A program made the position numbers and the translations under genes. Shown piece after piece: positions 35,531 to 48,951 of a stretch of DNA of 54,710 bases. How positions within the stretch are numbered: position 1 is the first letter of the stretch; the number at the start of each line of letters is the position of its first letter. The notes below the pieces were generated by a model. The model worked only from the letters and a program-made list of their open reading frames with translations, ran no database searches and had not been told where the DNA came from. Location: NCBI RefSeq assembly GCF_001194135.2, contig NC_068982.1, positions 170,164,057 to 170,218,766 of the forward strand. The letters are read 5' to 3'. Origin of the DNA: Octopus bimaculoides. Taxonomy: Eukaryota.

Positions 35531-37044
35531 TCGATGCTGATGCGCCTATAATAGGTGCTGGTAGAGCCACAGCAGAAGTAAAATAAAAACAGAATCGCCT
35601 CATCCTCAGTGAAACATGCAATAAGAACCAATGAAGTAGGACAGTTTGAGATAAAGGGATAATCTTCTCTAGCAGAGAACTGGATGGAAGGTCCGTTCTG
35701 TAGTTCGGCCACAATATCCCGTGTAACTAAAGAAGTTGGAGATTGGGGAGAAACGGAAGATATCAGAAGCATAATAAAAAATATACGAGAAACAAAAACA
35801 AGGAACAGATTCAGATTAAAGACAAAAACATACTGACAGGTCTCACTTAACTGCCTGAAATGATGATTGTGTTTCGTAGTTGCCCCGGTAACAACGAGTG
35901 GTTAATCATAATGTTGAAGATCCCCACCCCGCCACCACAAAAAATTAAATGTTACAATGGTGGTGTGCTGTTTGAGAAGGCGCTAGGTTGTGAAAACACC
36001 AATAGTTTATCAAGAGCTAAGGTAGTACTTAACACACGTTGTGGCATACTTCATAGTTGAACTACATCTAGTAATCCTTAAGAACAATTCGAAAGGTTAG
36101 ATTTGGAAAGCAAACAAAGGCAACTCAATAAAGTGTATATATTTGAAGGTTAGCTGTAAATGGCGTCAAACACAATACCTTGTGTTGCAAGGTATGCAGA
36201 CATGTACAGAAATTATTCCACGAGTAGGTGACGTGCTTAATGACTGAAAAATATGTTATCCCCGAATAATATATTATTGATGAATGAAACAATAACAGAA
36301 TAAGTTTGATAGAGTTACTCATATACCATTGTGATACTAAGTATACATGAGTAATGTCTAGTCGCAAACAACGAACGCTGGGAGGTAGTGAAGAAAAAAT
36401 GGACAAATGTAGCGTGTACTTTATAAGAAGTATAACGAAATGGTTTTCCAAATCGTCTCTGTCCTTGCTAATTTCGAGAATATTCACAGACACCATCGAG
36501 TCAACATCTAAGTTCACTGCGTCATAAATTTTTACATGTTGGCCCTATATTAAATTTCTCTCCGTCTTCAGTATTTAAAAAAATTGCTTATTTTTAATTT
36601 TCTTTTTATGATTTAGTTTAACGTTTGCTATTCTTTGTCCATAACTAATTCTTTTCCTTTGGTGTAGTTAAATAACTCATATTACTTTCTTATATAAAAG
36701 CAAAACGCCTTTTTATCCTTTCAAGTGTCCTTATTGCAGTAGAAGTTTTCCTCTCCTCGCTTTTGTCCAACTCTTGTTATTTTGTAGTGGTTTTCTATTT
36801 CTACAGAGATCCACCGTTTTGTGTGCGGTATATCTTTATCAGTTTTGCAATGATAGCTTTATAACATAGTTACTAGTTTCCTAATTTTTCTATTTAAGTT
36901 CTCAAATAAATTCAATATAATCCGAGCATATGATGATGAAGCAGCGATTAATAACTAGAGAGGCTTGCATGTTTATACATGTTTGGTTTCTATCAATGAA
37001 TTCAATTTTTGATGCGAATCTCTCTTATTGCACCATTTTTTAAT

Positions 37045-37091
37045 TTTCTATAATAATAATTATTATAATAATAATGATAATAATAAGAAGA

Positions 37092-37159
<68 letters not shown>

Positions 37160-37195
37160 TCTTCTTCTTATTATTATTATCATTATTGTTGTTGT
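37045..37195. repeat. (AAT)n followed by (ATT)n microsatellite
   Basis: Directly visible. Confidence 0.93.
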
Positions 37196-38188
37196 TTAAT
37201 ACGGGGGAGAATATAAAGTGTAAAAGTGTCAAAGATCAGCAGTTAAATTAATCTATTTGAAGTTGCAAATAGATTATTGGCTTGCCATAGTTTCTACCAT
37301 CTGGATGTGCTGGCATGCAAAGATAACCATTGGATATCGAGGAAACGGTTGGAGTTATTTTATGACACGAATCAATTCAATCAGAAGCAAAGAGTCGTAA
37401 GTTAGCGATCATCAATGAAAGGAATTATTTAAAATTTAGTGAAGATCCCTCGCGAGGAAAAAAGTTGTTATTTTATTTTTAAATTTATGATTTATTTTTC
37501 GGAAACGAAAATTGGTAGCTAATGTCTAATTAACTAAATTGTAGCGAAAAGATACATGAGACTTGTATGGAAACTCGTGATAGCGTGCCGTGCTGTGGGC
37601 GAAATCATGACCCCTGTTAAGAGAGAGCATTATGTGAACTCACAGTTATGTATCGCAATCCACTCATCTTTGTATGTCACTTTCAACAAAATGCAGACTT
37701 ACATTCAATCACTTCTTTACATTATATGTGTTCCATATCACGCATTCTGGTATGGAACCGGAAACAAGTGTTGCACGAAATAATTCCACATATGAGGAGA
37801 TATTTTCACTGAAAATGTCCTCATGTAGAGTAATTTGCAAACCTTATCAAATATTTAACGCAAAAGAAAACTCACTGTCATGGAAATTTTGGTTACATCA
37901 AGGAAATTGAATGTAAGAAACTTATCAGAAATGATAGATTATTATTAGCTGCAACCGTTTTGTTGACAAATACATCATTTTCAGTGTGGTTTATACCAAA
38001 GATTCACAAACATAATTTGTTAATTTCGTGTAACGTAAATAAACTGCAGTATCGTCACATGAGTTAAAATCAGAGATCGGATTTCGTGTTGGGGTATCTA
38101 GACATATTGCAAAGTCATCTCATCTCATTTTGCACCAAGAAGCCAATACCGCAGTATAGTTTGTTCCAACAGAACATCCACGTTTCAG

Positions 38189-38189
38189 A

Positions 38190-38273
<84 letters not shown>

Positions 38274-38275
38274 AC
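38189..38275. repeat. (CA)n microsatellite
   Basis: Directly visible. Confidence 0.97.
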
Positions 38276-38296
38276 TCACACAACTAACACACATAT

Positions 38297-38330
38297 ACTG
38301 GACTACCCGTGACCCATTGTGTTACCGGGA
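38297..38330 (-). mobile_element. Possible Helitron-type 3' terminus
   Basis: The minus strand reads CCCGGTAAC-ACAATGG-GTCACGGG-TAGT-CCAG|T: a GC hairpin followed by a CTAG-like end before T. Confidence 0.35.
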
Positions 38331-39182
38331 AAGTCTGTGTTTCCTAGCAACAGAGTTTTGTTTCGTGTTATATTTTTCTTTTCCAGGCTATCTTGCATGC
38401 TTTCAACGAATGTGACATCGAAATCATGCGTAAACGGCTCCTTTCTCCAGAAAAGGAAAGATTTGACTTGCTATTTAAGCTACCACGTAACAGGTATTTC
38501 GGGTCCTGTATCGCAAATGGCAGTTCCGTGATACCAGGGTGTGCTACAAATAGCAGCCAAGTTTTTGGACGTGAGATACGTTGAATGTACTCGAAAAAAA
38601 CCTATGGAAAAAATTATTGCACACTGAGATTACGAACGTGTCTTTTACGAAATATATATGCCCCCCAGAAATCTTTGTAATATTATTCACTTGAAAATAA
38701 TTTAATAAAACATTAAAATATTGTCTGTTTAAAGAAAGCTAAAATGTAAATATCTATTGTACAAACAACTTACATTTTTTGAAATCATATTCACTTCAAA
38801 ATATTTCTAAATGATAAAAATATTGTGTTCAACAAAAGCGAAATATTTAACAAAATAGAAACATTTACTGTGTAAAATAAATCGTAATTTTTCGTTGTCC
38901 AATCACTGTCTAACCGAAAAGTAGGTGTTACTTTCCTTCCAGGATCAAATTAATTTGGGAGACTTTTCCCATTATGCACCGTTTTTGAGTATTTATATCC
39001 TGAAAACCCTTAATATCTTCACAACCAGTTATCCGATTTACGTGAAATTTGATCCATTCCGTTCGTATTTAAGTTTCAGGGGATACTTAATTCATAGTAT
39101 TTTCCAATGCACGAGTTCGGCTGAGTAACATTGCAAGCAAGCAGGCAAGCAAGATTAATCGAAAAAATAATTTACAACTCTT

Positions 39183-39865
39183 TTATTATCTAGTGTAGGA
39201 ATCTAAAAATGATAATAACAGAATCAATAATATAGGCGATTCCAGGCCGCCAAAAAGCATTAAATAGCTGAAGGATTAAAATTAATCAAAGGATCAACAA
39301 AGTATATCTACCTGATGGAAATAACAGTCAAAAGTCTTATTTTAATCGCCAAAATACACTGATAATAACTACAGAAATCAACCGTCCGAAGGCAAACGGG
39401 CGAAGACAATCTCTCAGCATAATTCAAGTATTTGGATTCACGTGGACCGGTTTCTGGACTGGCATAATAGTCTCACCTTCTTCAGCACTCGTTACCATGA
39501 AAGTCAGCCTCAACCCGTCGTGTTGAAATCTGTGCTGCAACTGATTCGTTTTGCGCCGAAATCATGAAAGCAACCACTGTGAAAATAATTTCAATACGGA
39601 GCAAATAATTAACGAGTAAAATAGTTCACGAAAAAATAATTTGCGAAGATATCATTGTCTCTATTATTATCTAGTGTAACAATTTAAAATGATAATAAAA
39701 GAGTCAATAATATAGGCGATTGCAGGCCCCCTAAACATCATTAATTAGCTGAACGATTAAAATTATTCAAAGGACATACTAAGTATGTCTACCTACTGTA
39801 AATAAGAGTCAAAACTATTATTTAAATCGCCAAAATACACTGATAATAGCTACAGAAATCAACCG
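39183..39865. repeat. Pair of 202-bp diverged direct repeats
   Basis: 39183-39384 and 39664-39865, separated by 279 bp; roughly 80% identity by eye. Confidence 0.9.
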
Positions 39866-41136
39866 CTAAGTTATAAACGAATATAAGTATTTTAATATTG
39901 TAAAAAAGAAAACAAAGAAAATAAAACAAAATAAAAACATATTTATTTGCTATTCACAGGAATCATGTAGCAAAAACAGGAATAAGTGTTAGTGTATGTT
40001 GTTGACGAGCTATTTTAGAATAATGTCAATACAATAATTATATTTTGAAACTGTTTATTTTTAGCTATAAACACGCTTGACATTGAGAGTTAAATATCAG
40101 GAGAAGGAATATCAGCTTTGTTTTAAAAAATGGCATGTACAAAACGTGTATTATTATAATGATAATATGAAGTGATATTAATTATATACATTAAATATGT
40201 TATCTAACATATATCAGTATCTGTGACGATATCCAATCGATTTCATATCCGTGAAAAGTCAATTCTGTACCAAAGTTCATGACATATGACCCGGCGAAAT
40301 AAATCTTTGAATAAAAAATGAAAATTGTTTCTTCATATTTACGTGTAAAGTATTCGAAAAGTAAATCTCAATCATGTTTGCTATTATTATTTCGATGGAA
40401 AGTGCGAGTAAAATTTGGATAAATTAGAAGATATTTTAAAAATCCAATTAACTATATTGCTGAATCAATAAGAAAACCCTGTTTTGTTCGAAATCCTTTT
40501 ATGTTTCGTAACATTTGTATAGACAACAGCTTGTGTAAATAAAGAAAAGTTATCTAAGGAATAATTGGATCTATAAGTATTTGGTGTTATGAATAGCAAA
40601 ATGAAATAACGACTCAAATAAAATAATAGAAAAGGATTTTAGTGGAAAAAATTATGCATAATTGTATAAATATAAGCCATAATACTAAGAAAAAATACTC
40701 TAGAATTCAATATATTAACAGAAGGGTACCTCTTAATTTCCATGCAACGGATTATAAAAGGTTTTTCGAATGATCAAGTAAAAGAAAATAAATCAATCTC
40801 TCTCATAAAACAAAACTCTTATCTCAAGCAAGCTAATTTAAAATCAATAAAATGCATGTATGTGTGTAAAATACGATGTGTTACTAAAAGCAATTTTATA
40901 ACATAAAAACAACATTATTATTAAATGAAAAAGAAGAATGTTTTGGATGAGAATATTAATATTGACGTAAGATTCAGACAAGCTGCATCCAGTGAAATTT
41001 AGAGAAAACTGTTGGATAGTTAAAAAAATATATACGTTGAAAACGAAAACATCTTTATTAATAGATATGGAAAGCATAGAGAAGAGGATTTAAGGATATT
41101 ATATTTGAAAAGCAAGTTATGAATTATGTTAATGGG

Positions 41137-41199
<63 letters not shown>

Positions 41200-41559
41200 C
41201 TGTTCATCTATGCGAATAAGTATTGATGAATGTAAGAGAGTATAAAACAACAGGCGCCATTTGCAATCGAGTAAGATTTGTTTCCCTGCACTACGCTTTA
41301 GATCATTATTTTAAGCGATTGTGTAATTACTAGCCTTGACTAAGCAGAATATTCGGGGCTGTGACACCTGGAAGAAATGACAACTGGACTAGCACTAGGG
41401 TTCTACATATTTTTCAGCACAGTAGATTGCAACAGCATGGAATGAACCCTGTGCCACCTTATTTTGTGAAACCTTATCTATGTGTGCTACATTAATTTGT
41501 GAAAAGTGGTCTAAAGAATCCATAAAATTTCTTTTTCTAATTATACTGATAAATTTCTG

Positions 41560-41810
41560 TTTCGTTTTTTGATGTGAATTTTGCTATTGTAAGTTGTTTT
41601 TAAGACTTTTCCGGGCGTTTACTACTTCGTAGGTAGCTTTTGTCAATCAGTTTTCTCATTTTGGGCTCTGTTAGAGCATTGGTAGCTTTGGTTGTATAAC
41701 ATGGACCATTATTTATTTCAGGGTTGTGTGTGTTAATAAATGAAATAGTGTGTTCCATGCTTTTTTCTTTGGAGTCCTTAGTCAAAAACAACATCTGATT
41801 ATTCAATTAA
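41560..41810 (-). mobile_element. Penelope-like RT-endonuclease linker fragment
   Basis: ISFINTHNPE...KMRKLIDKSYLRSSKRPEKS..QLTIAKF matches the PLE linker (PFISTHNP...SKRQPKNLK..LTRAKF). Confidence 0.7.
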
Positions 41811-42321
41811 AAACCTTAACTGCTACAAAAATCTGATAACGCTAATAGAAAAACACACTCTTTACCCCCACCACATTAATGAATACAAAATAATAAAGAA
41901 GCAAGACATGGAAATGCAATTTTAATTTTTACCAAATAAAGTGAAAAACATCTGGTTTTTCAATTAAAAAACTTGACCAATTCAAATACAAAAATTCTTT
42001 TTTCCTCTCTACCCTAAAAGGTGATTATGTATTAAACAATCAATACAAAAGCCACGTCACTTTACCCCCTCCTGCTTCTTTAGCGTTTTTCTTCTTTCTT
42101 CACCTTTACTTGGTACACCCTACAATTTCTTATATATAAAAAGGTCAAGAAATCTAACTTTAAACCACTTTTGATAAATCCGATAACGGAAGAAACCACT
42201 AAAAGAATAAATAGAACGTAAATAAAGATATATATAATCATCCCACATTCTGACTATCTTATTATACATACACACACGCATACACACACGCATACACACA
42301 TAATATTTTTGTTCTTTTAAT

Positions 42322-42560
42322 CTTTTACTTATTTAGTCATTTGAATGCGGCCGTGCTGGAGTACTGCCTTAAAGTGTTCTTTAGTGGAAGTAATTGACCC
42401 CAGGTTTTGTACTTTGCAAGTAAAGTACTTATTCTATCGGTCTCTTTTGCTGAACCGCTAACTTACGGGGACGTTAACACACCAACATCGGTTGTCAAGT
42501 GATGGTGACTGGACGAACACAGACACAGACACGCTCGTAAACGTATACACACACATATGA
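42322..42560 (-). mobile_element. SINE family A 3' half
   Basis: CTTTTACTT...GTCATTTGAATGCGGCC...CTATCGGTCTCTTTTGCTGAACCGCTAAC...GGTTGTCAAG. Confidence 0.9.
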
Positions 42561-43091
42561 AATTAACATACCAGTAGCTCACTATTCCATAGTCACGTGT
42601 ATTGTTAAGGACGTTTTCAGCGTGACATATTAGGTGGCTGGACTGAGTTTTTGAATTTCAGATGCAATTCAAAAGGTGGGCTTCTACAAACGTTCTCTCA
42701 ACCGAAATTCCTTCACAACATTTTGTCAAACCTGACTCAACAGTAAAATGACCTCAGTAAGATGCCTTAGTCTGGCATCAAAACCCAGCACCTTATGATT
42801 ATAAAGCGATATACTTAAGTATATGAGTACGCCATTAACTTTTATGCATTAATTGCAACAATTAAAGACCTCTTTTCATTAAAGAATCTTTTGATTTCTT
42901 CTTTCAGCTCAGACGAAATGTGTCATTTTAAATCATGTTAGATAAATTTACTACACTCATTGTTAATGACAAAATAAGAACATTCTACATTACGCATCCA
43001 TCAAGTATAATTGATTTCATTTAAATTTACTAGTCATCATAATACGTTTTAAGTGCTATAAATAATGTATTAGAAACTGATTTTCCAACTT

Positions 43092-43278
43092 AATTTTGGT
43101 ACAAGGCCAGCAATTTTGAGGGTGGGAGTAAGTTGATTACATCGATCTCAGTGTTCAATTGGCTCTTATTTCATCGACCACGAAAGGATGAAAGGCAAAG
43201 TAGCACACCAGCAATATTCAAACACAGAACACAAAGAGAGACAAAATGCCGCCAGGCATTTTGCATGGTGCGCTAAAG
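43092..43278 (-). mobile_element. SINE family B (tail type 1), diverged
   Basis: TTTTGGTACAAGGCCAGC...ATCGACCACGAAAGGATGAAAGGCAAAG. Confidence 0.8.
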
Positions 43279-43515
43279 TTTCTTATTTCTTTATTGCCCA
43301 CAGGGGGCTAAACATAGAGGGGACAAACAAGGACAGACAAAGGGATTAAGTCGATTACATTGACCCCAGTGCGTAACTAGTACATAATTTATCGACCCCG
43401 AAAGGATAAAAGGCAAAGTCGACCTCGGCGGAATTTGAACTAAGAACATAATGGCAGACGAAATACCGCTAAGCATTTCGCCCGGCGTGCTAACGTTTCT
43501 GCCAGCACGTCACCA
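43279..43515 (-). mobile_element. SINE family B (tail type 2), full length
   Basis: Same head as other family B copies, but the 3' tail is GTCCTTGTTTGTCCCCTCTATGTTTAGCCCCTGTGGGCAATAAAGAAATAAGAAA. Confidence 0.92.
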
Positions 43516-43887
43516 CTTTTCAACTTAATAATCTGAATAACTTCTCGCGTTTTTATTTTTAAAAAATTCTTTTTGAAATTAAAAAAAAACTGTAATAATG
43601 ATTTAATAACTCATTATTAATTTTGCAATACCTGTTTTCTGAGTATTCTCAACAATTTCTTTAACGTGTAAAGCTAAACGTTTTTTGTTTTGTTAGATAC
43701 TAAGAGTTATATTCATAATTTCACCAACATCTAGTATAACTCCTACAATCAAACTTATATTACACTTGCCCAGAATTTATTCACAGTATTACACAAAGCG
43801 CTATATTCAACTTATGACTTGTCTCATAATTGCCTCTTCATTTCATCATATATTAAACACAACAGAACTTCAGTAATTTCTATTATA

Positions 43888-44570
43888 ATCTTTTATCTTT
43901 TACTTGTTTCAGTTATTTGAATGCGGCCATGACTGGCACCGACATGAAAGATTTTAGTCGAAGAAAGCGACCCTAGGACATATTTCTTTAAAACCTGTTA
44001 TTTATTTTTTGGGTCACTTTCTCCGAATTGCTCATTTACGGGGACGTAGCCGGTTGTCAAGCGGTGGTGGGGAACAGATACACACAGACACACACACACA
44101 CACACATACACACACACACACACACACATACATACACGAAAGTAGACATAGATATAGACATGTATATATACAATGGGTTTCTTTCAATTTCGTATTTCCT
44201 TACTGCCCACAAGGGGCCACACACAAAGGGGACAAACAAGGACACACAAACGGATTAAGTCGAATATATCGACCCCAGTGCGTAACTGGTACTTATTTAA
44301 TCGATCCGAAAGGATGAAAGGCAAAGTCGACCTCGGCAGAATTTGAACTCAGAACGTAGTGGCAGACGAAATACCGCTAAGCATTTCGTCGGCATGCTAA
44401 CGTTTCTGTCAGCTCACCGCCTTTCAGTTTCCGTCCACCAAATCCACTCACAAAATCCACTTTGGTCGGCCGTAAACTATAGTAAAAGAGACTTGCCCAG
44501 GGTGCCACATAGTCAGACTATGCAAGGAATCACGCGGTGGGAAGCAAGCTCCTTACCACGGAGCAACGCC
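43888..44570 (-). mobile_element. SINE family A, full length, interrupted by a family B insertion
   Basis: 3' body at 43888-44180 with a CA tract; 5' part at 44421-44570. Confidence 0.88.
44192..44420 (-). mobile_element. SINE family B (tail type 2) nested in family A, 11-bp TSD
   Basis: TSD CTTTCAATTTC (44181-44191) / CTTTCAGTTTC (44421-44431). Confidence 0.9.
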
Positions 44571-44904
44571 TGCACCTGTAATTTGACTTTATCGTGCAAC
44601 GCTTGCGCTCGTAATTTGACTTTATCGTCAGCGATTTTCTCTATTCCAAGAATTAGAACTATTTACTGTACATTTAGATGTTTCTTCTTGTGCTTGCATG
44701 ACTTGTAAATTTTTCAAACAGTTTGTCAACCCAGATTTCATGAAAATTGGATGTCAATATCGTCTACAGAATACATATGTAACTCTATTGCATATAGTTG
44801 TATTCTTTATTCCCTTAATATTTTCTGTAGGACATTTTATTCCTCAATAATGTTACATATTATCTAGCTACACAACTACATAGCTATCTACTACTTCAGT
44901 CCCT

Positions 44905-44918
44905 GCCTGCCTGTCTGT

Positions 44919-44957
<39 letters not shown>

Positions 44958-44998
44958 CCTACCTACCTACCTACCTACCTACCTACCTACCTACCTAC
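44905..44998. repeat. (CTGC)n(CTAC)n tetranucleotide repeat
   Basis: Directly visible. Confidence 0.95.
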
Positions 44999-47258
44999 AT
45001 AAATACTTATATACATATACATACATATAATANNNNNNNNNNNNNNNNNNNNNNNNNNNNNNNNNNNNNNNNNNNNNNNNNNNNNNNNNNNNNNNNNNNN
45101 NNNNNNNNNNNNNNNNNNNNNNNNNNNNNNNNNNNNNNNNNNNNNNNNNNNNNNNNNNNNNNNNNNNNNNNNNNNNNNNNNNNNNNNNNNNNNNNNNNNN
45201 NNNNNNNNNNNNNNNNNNNNNNNNNNNNNNNNNNNNNNNNNNNNNNNNNNNNNNNNNNNNNNNNNNNNNNNNNNNNNNNNNNNNNNNNNNNNNNNNNNNN
45301 NNNNNNNNNNNNNNNNNNNNNNNNNNNNNNNNNNNNNNNNNNNNNNNNNNNNNNNNNNNNNNNNNNNNNNNNNNNNNNNNNNNNNNNNNNNNNNNNNNNN
45401 NNNNNNNNNNNNNNNNNNNNNNNNNNNNNNNNNNNNNNNNNNNNNNNNNNNNNNNNNNNNNNNNNNNNNNNNNNNNNNNNNNNNNNNNNNNNNNNNNNNN
45501 NNNNNNNNTATGATTGCATGATTCTTTCACGAGATCCTTATTTACCAAGGAAAGTAAATACTGCACACACGCACGCACACACACACACACACACACACGT
45601 ACATATGCACTGTATATATATATGACCGCTTTCTTTGATAAAATTGAGAATCATTTTTTGAAATAACTTGAGAATTGTGAATACTTTTTTGCCTTTGTTT
45701 TTACATAATGGCTGGTGACAATGGCACTTAGAAATTGGGAAATAATTCATCTTTTAGGATTGAACAATTGTCTCAAAATTTTCAAATGCTTCATCTTTTA
45801 TACCGGTGAGCATTCTTATTCGGGAAGAGAGAAAAAACCCCACTAACAGTAGTGTATTTTGATATATTTCGCATATTTTTCGCTTATATAAAGAAAATGT
45901 ATATAAATAAATTAAAAGCGAACTGAAAGGAAAATTTGCAATTTATTTCCCGAACCTCCCTGTGTTGCATTTACAAGCCAATAGCAAAGGTAAATGGAAT
46001 TGATTTAGGATTTTAGTTTGAAGACGCAGTGTCTACTTGGTGGAAACAAAGTAGAATTTGTTTCCCAGTGAATGATGTTCAGCGTGGCGAAATCGTTCAA
46101 GTAGTGACAGAAACTACCCGCTCTGATTAGTTATGTTTTTTAGTTGATTTTGCAAATGCAATAAATGGGATAAAATGCATTTTTTTTTTGAGCATGGTTA
46201 TTCTGAAATTTCAAAGGCAAACCTTCAGTAAGCAAATTGAATTTATGAAAGCTATGCGTATATAAACTTATGCTAGACATGCAAAAGTTATTCATATTAT
46301 ATCAATATATAACATAAATATTTATATAAATATATAACATAAATATTTATATAAATATATAAGTAAATATAAAAGGAGAGTGGATAGCCAATCCTATAAG
46401 GAGCATTTAAACAGAGATCGCCATTCCATATCTTGTAACTGGCAATTTAAAATGGCCCTGTGCACGTAGGAATAAAGAGTTACAACATGGTAGAAAATTA
46501 CGCATGCGTAAGCAATAACATCGTTAGATATATGGTCTCTTAGAACGATCTATATTTTCAAATCAGTGATTCACTGCATAAATTATTAAGTCCAAAATCC
46601 ACTTGCCGAATTCAGTTCCTTAGCATGTCGCGCTGAGTGGAGTTTCTGCATGTGAGAAGAAAAATGTATTGGGATTATCCTGGTCTCTTTAAAAGTCGAT
46701 AGATGAAATCCCCAGCAGAGAAATATTATTGGTCAAGCGATATTTAGTTTGAATCAGTTGCCCAACTACTGTATATCCACCCAATGTTCAATAGAGAAAT
46801 TATTTTTGATTTCTTCACTTTCGTAGATATATAAGTCAGTTCTTTCTTATATTAGAGACTAACATCATAAAAACGGAATAACATAGTAAAGGAGATATGT
46901 TCGAAAACCAGGCAGATCACAGTTGGAGGAACATCGCTTAGATATCTCTCTAATCGTGGCCGATATGAGAATATAGAGTAGTTTTAACACGTCACAAAAA
47001 TGTCGTCAGTGAAAATTACATGCATACCGTAATCAAAATCCATCGCAATTCAATTTTTATCAATCTGCTATATACATTAAACACGTGTTTATTTGGTAAT
47101 TCGCCTTAAATGAACACGAACTTTAAAATTTGGAGTTGGATTTCCGTTAGAGTCTTTCCATACCTTTCATTTTTCTCCCTCTGTCAATGAAATAGGGACT
47201 GCTCAAAAACGGTTGATATAACATTCCAAAATATATGCCCTTACCAAGTAAGTATACA

Positions 47259-47307
<49 letters not shown>

Positions 47308-47312
47308 ATATT

Positions 47313-47350
<38 letters not shown>

Positions 47351-48951
47351 TGTCTGCGTCTGTGTGTATTTGTGTGTATCGATGAAGGATTCTCTGCATC
47401 GAACTCCATACCACTCATCTTCCTACGACATCCGCCCTCTTCCATTTAACTGAAGTCGTACCCCCGATCTTACAGTTCGAAAGCGATATCTGTCAGCAGT
47501 TGTGAACGGGCCCTAAATATGCCAAATTATTAGTCACGATGTTTTCTCATCACAACACAAATACATATTACTACTCTACTTCCATAGCATCATTACATAC
47601 AACAGTAGCACTACTATCTCTGTAACTACATTCCTTACCACAATAACCACATGAACACCACAAAAACTACAGCGCCATCAATTTACCACCTTATTTATAC
47701 ACCAATTATAAAAAAACACATTAACACCATTAACACCACTCTCTCATATTGTATTTCTACAAGGTGTACAGTGTCATGAACCAACACCAAAGATTGTTAC
47801 ATGAATATTCGGCTATAATTCAAGGGAAATTTCAGTAACTGGATATAATATCAAATACTTCCTTCGAATTACAGAGAAACGTTGTAAGAACTGTACCGCA
47901 CACATTAAATGATATAAAGGTTGATAGATCTCACCCCACAAAAAGTAAGCATTGATCCTTTCAGAAATGTCTATGATCGTAGGGCTGGACGATCAAGGTT
48001 GACTTCAAGCTAATCAACAACAATAACAGCGCATAATTTGTCTCATGTCTGTCCCATTTCTTCACTTCTACAAGCAGTTATTTCACTACTATTACGACAG
48101 CAACTAGAGCACCATTATTTACCCTGCTTTCACCCCATCGCCACTATCACTACTACCGTTATCGTCATAACCAGCACCGGCACCAGTACCAGCACCAACG
48201 CCACCCCACCTCCTCCTCCTCCACCGCCATCCCAATCACGCTAGCAACTATTATTCACATTTCCTTTTGTCTTTTCATTTTTTTTTCTTTTACATCGTCT
48301 ATGTACATTCTATTTTACAACCTTCACATAAGCAAATATTCCACAAATTACATGTCTGAATAGCGAAATCTAACCAAGCATATTTGTTTTCTCACTTACG
48401 TCTAGTATTAAGTAATCCAGCGAGCGTAGGTAAGTAACTTCAATTAAGATACTACAGTTTCAAAGACAAACAACCGCAACAGACATTAAAAGCAATTATT
48501 GCTACTAGATTTGAACAGTCGATACGCTAACACATTCCATGAATTCTTCTGGCATGTTTTTCCCACATTCACTGCTATTCTTCCAGTCTACTTAACCCTT
48601 CCCTGCCTTTATTTTTAAATCTATTTGTTTACGCGTGTACATTCTGTCTGCCTGTCTCTCAATATGTCTCTTTGTCTGTCTGCCTGCCAGTAGGTCTGTC
48701 TCTCTACCTGTCTCGTTTGCTTTACCTTTTGATCTCATCACTTAATTTTTTTTATCTGTAAATTGTGTTTTTCTAGAGCACCTTTCAAACATTACAAAAT
48801 GTTGAATAAGCCAAGAACATACCATTTAATGTCTTTCCATGATTGTGTCAGCATAAATACCAACTTTCTCCATGCACCTTAAAAATAACAATAACAAAAT
48901 TAAGGAAAAACCAAAAAACAAAACATTAGTTATATTAATTTTATTCTTTTA

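Noticed and set aside
35349-35772. Minus-strand hydrophobic ORFs of 121 and 88 aa
   Set aside because: Best explained as antisense of the charged + strand transposase-like tail.
39183-39865. LTR retrotransposon or CRISPR-like array
   Set aside because: No TG...CA, PBS, PPT or TSD; only two long repeats. The context is eukaryotic and there is no repeat-spacer array anywhere in the window.
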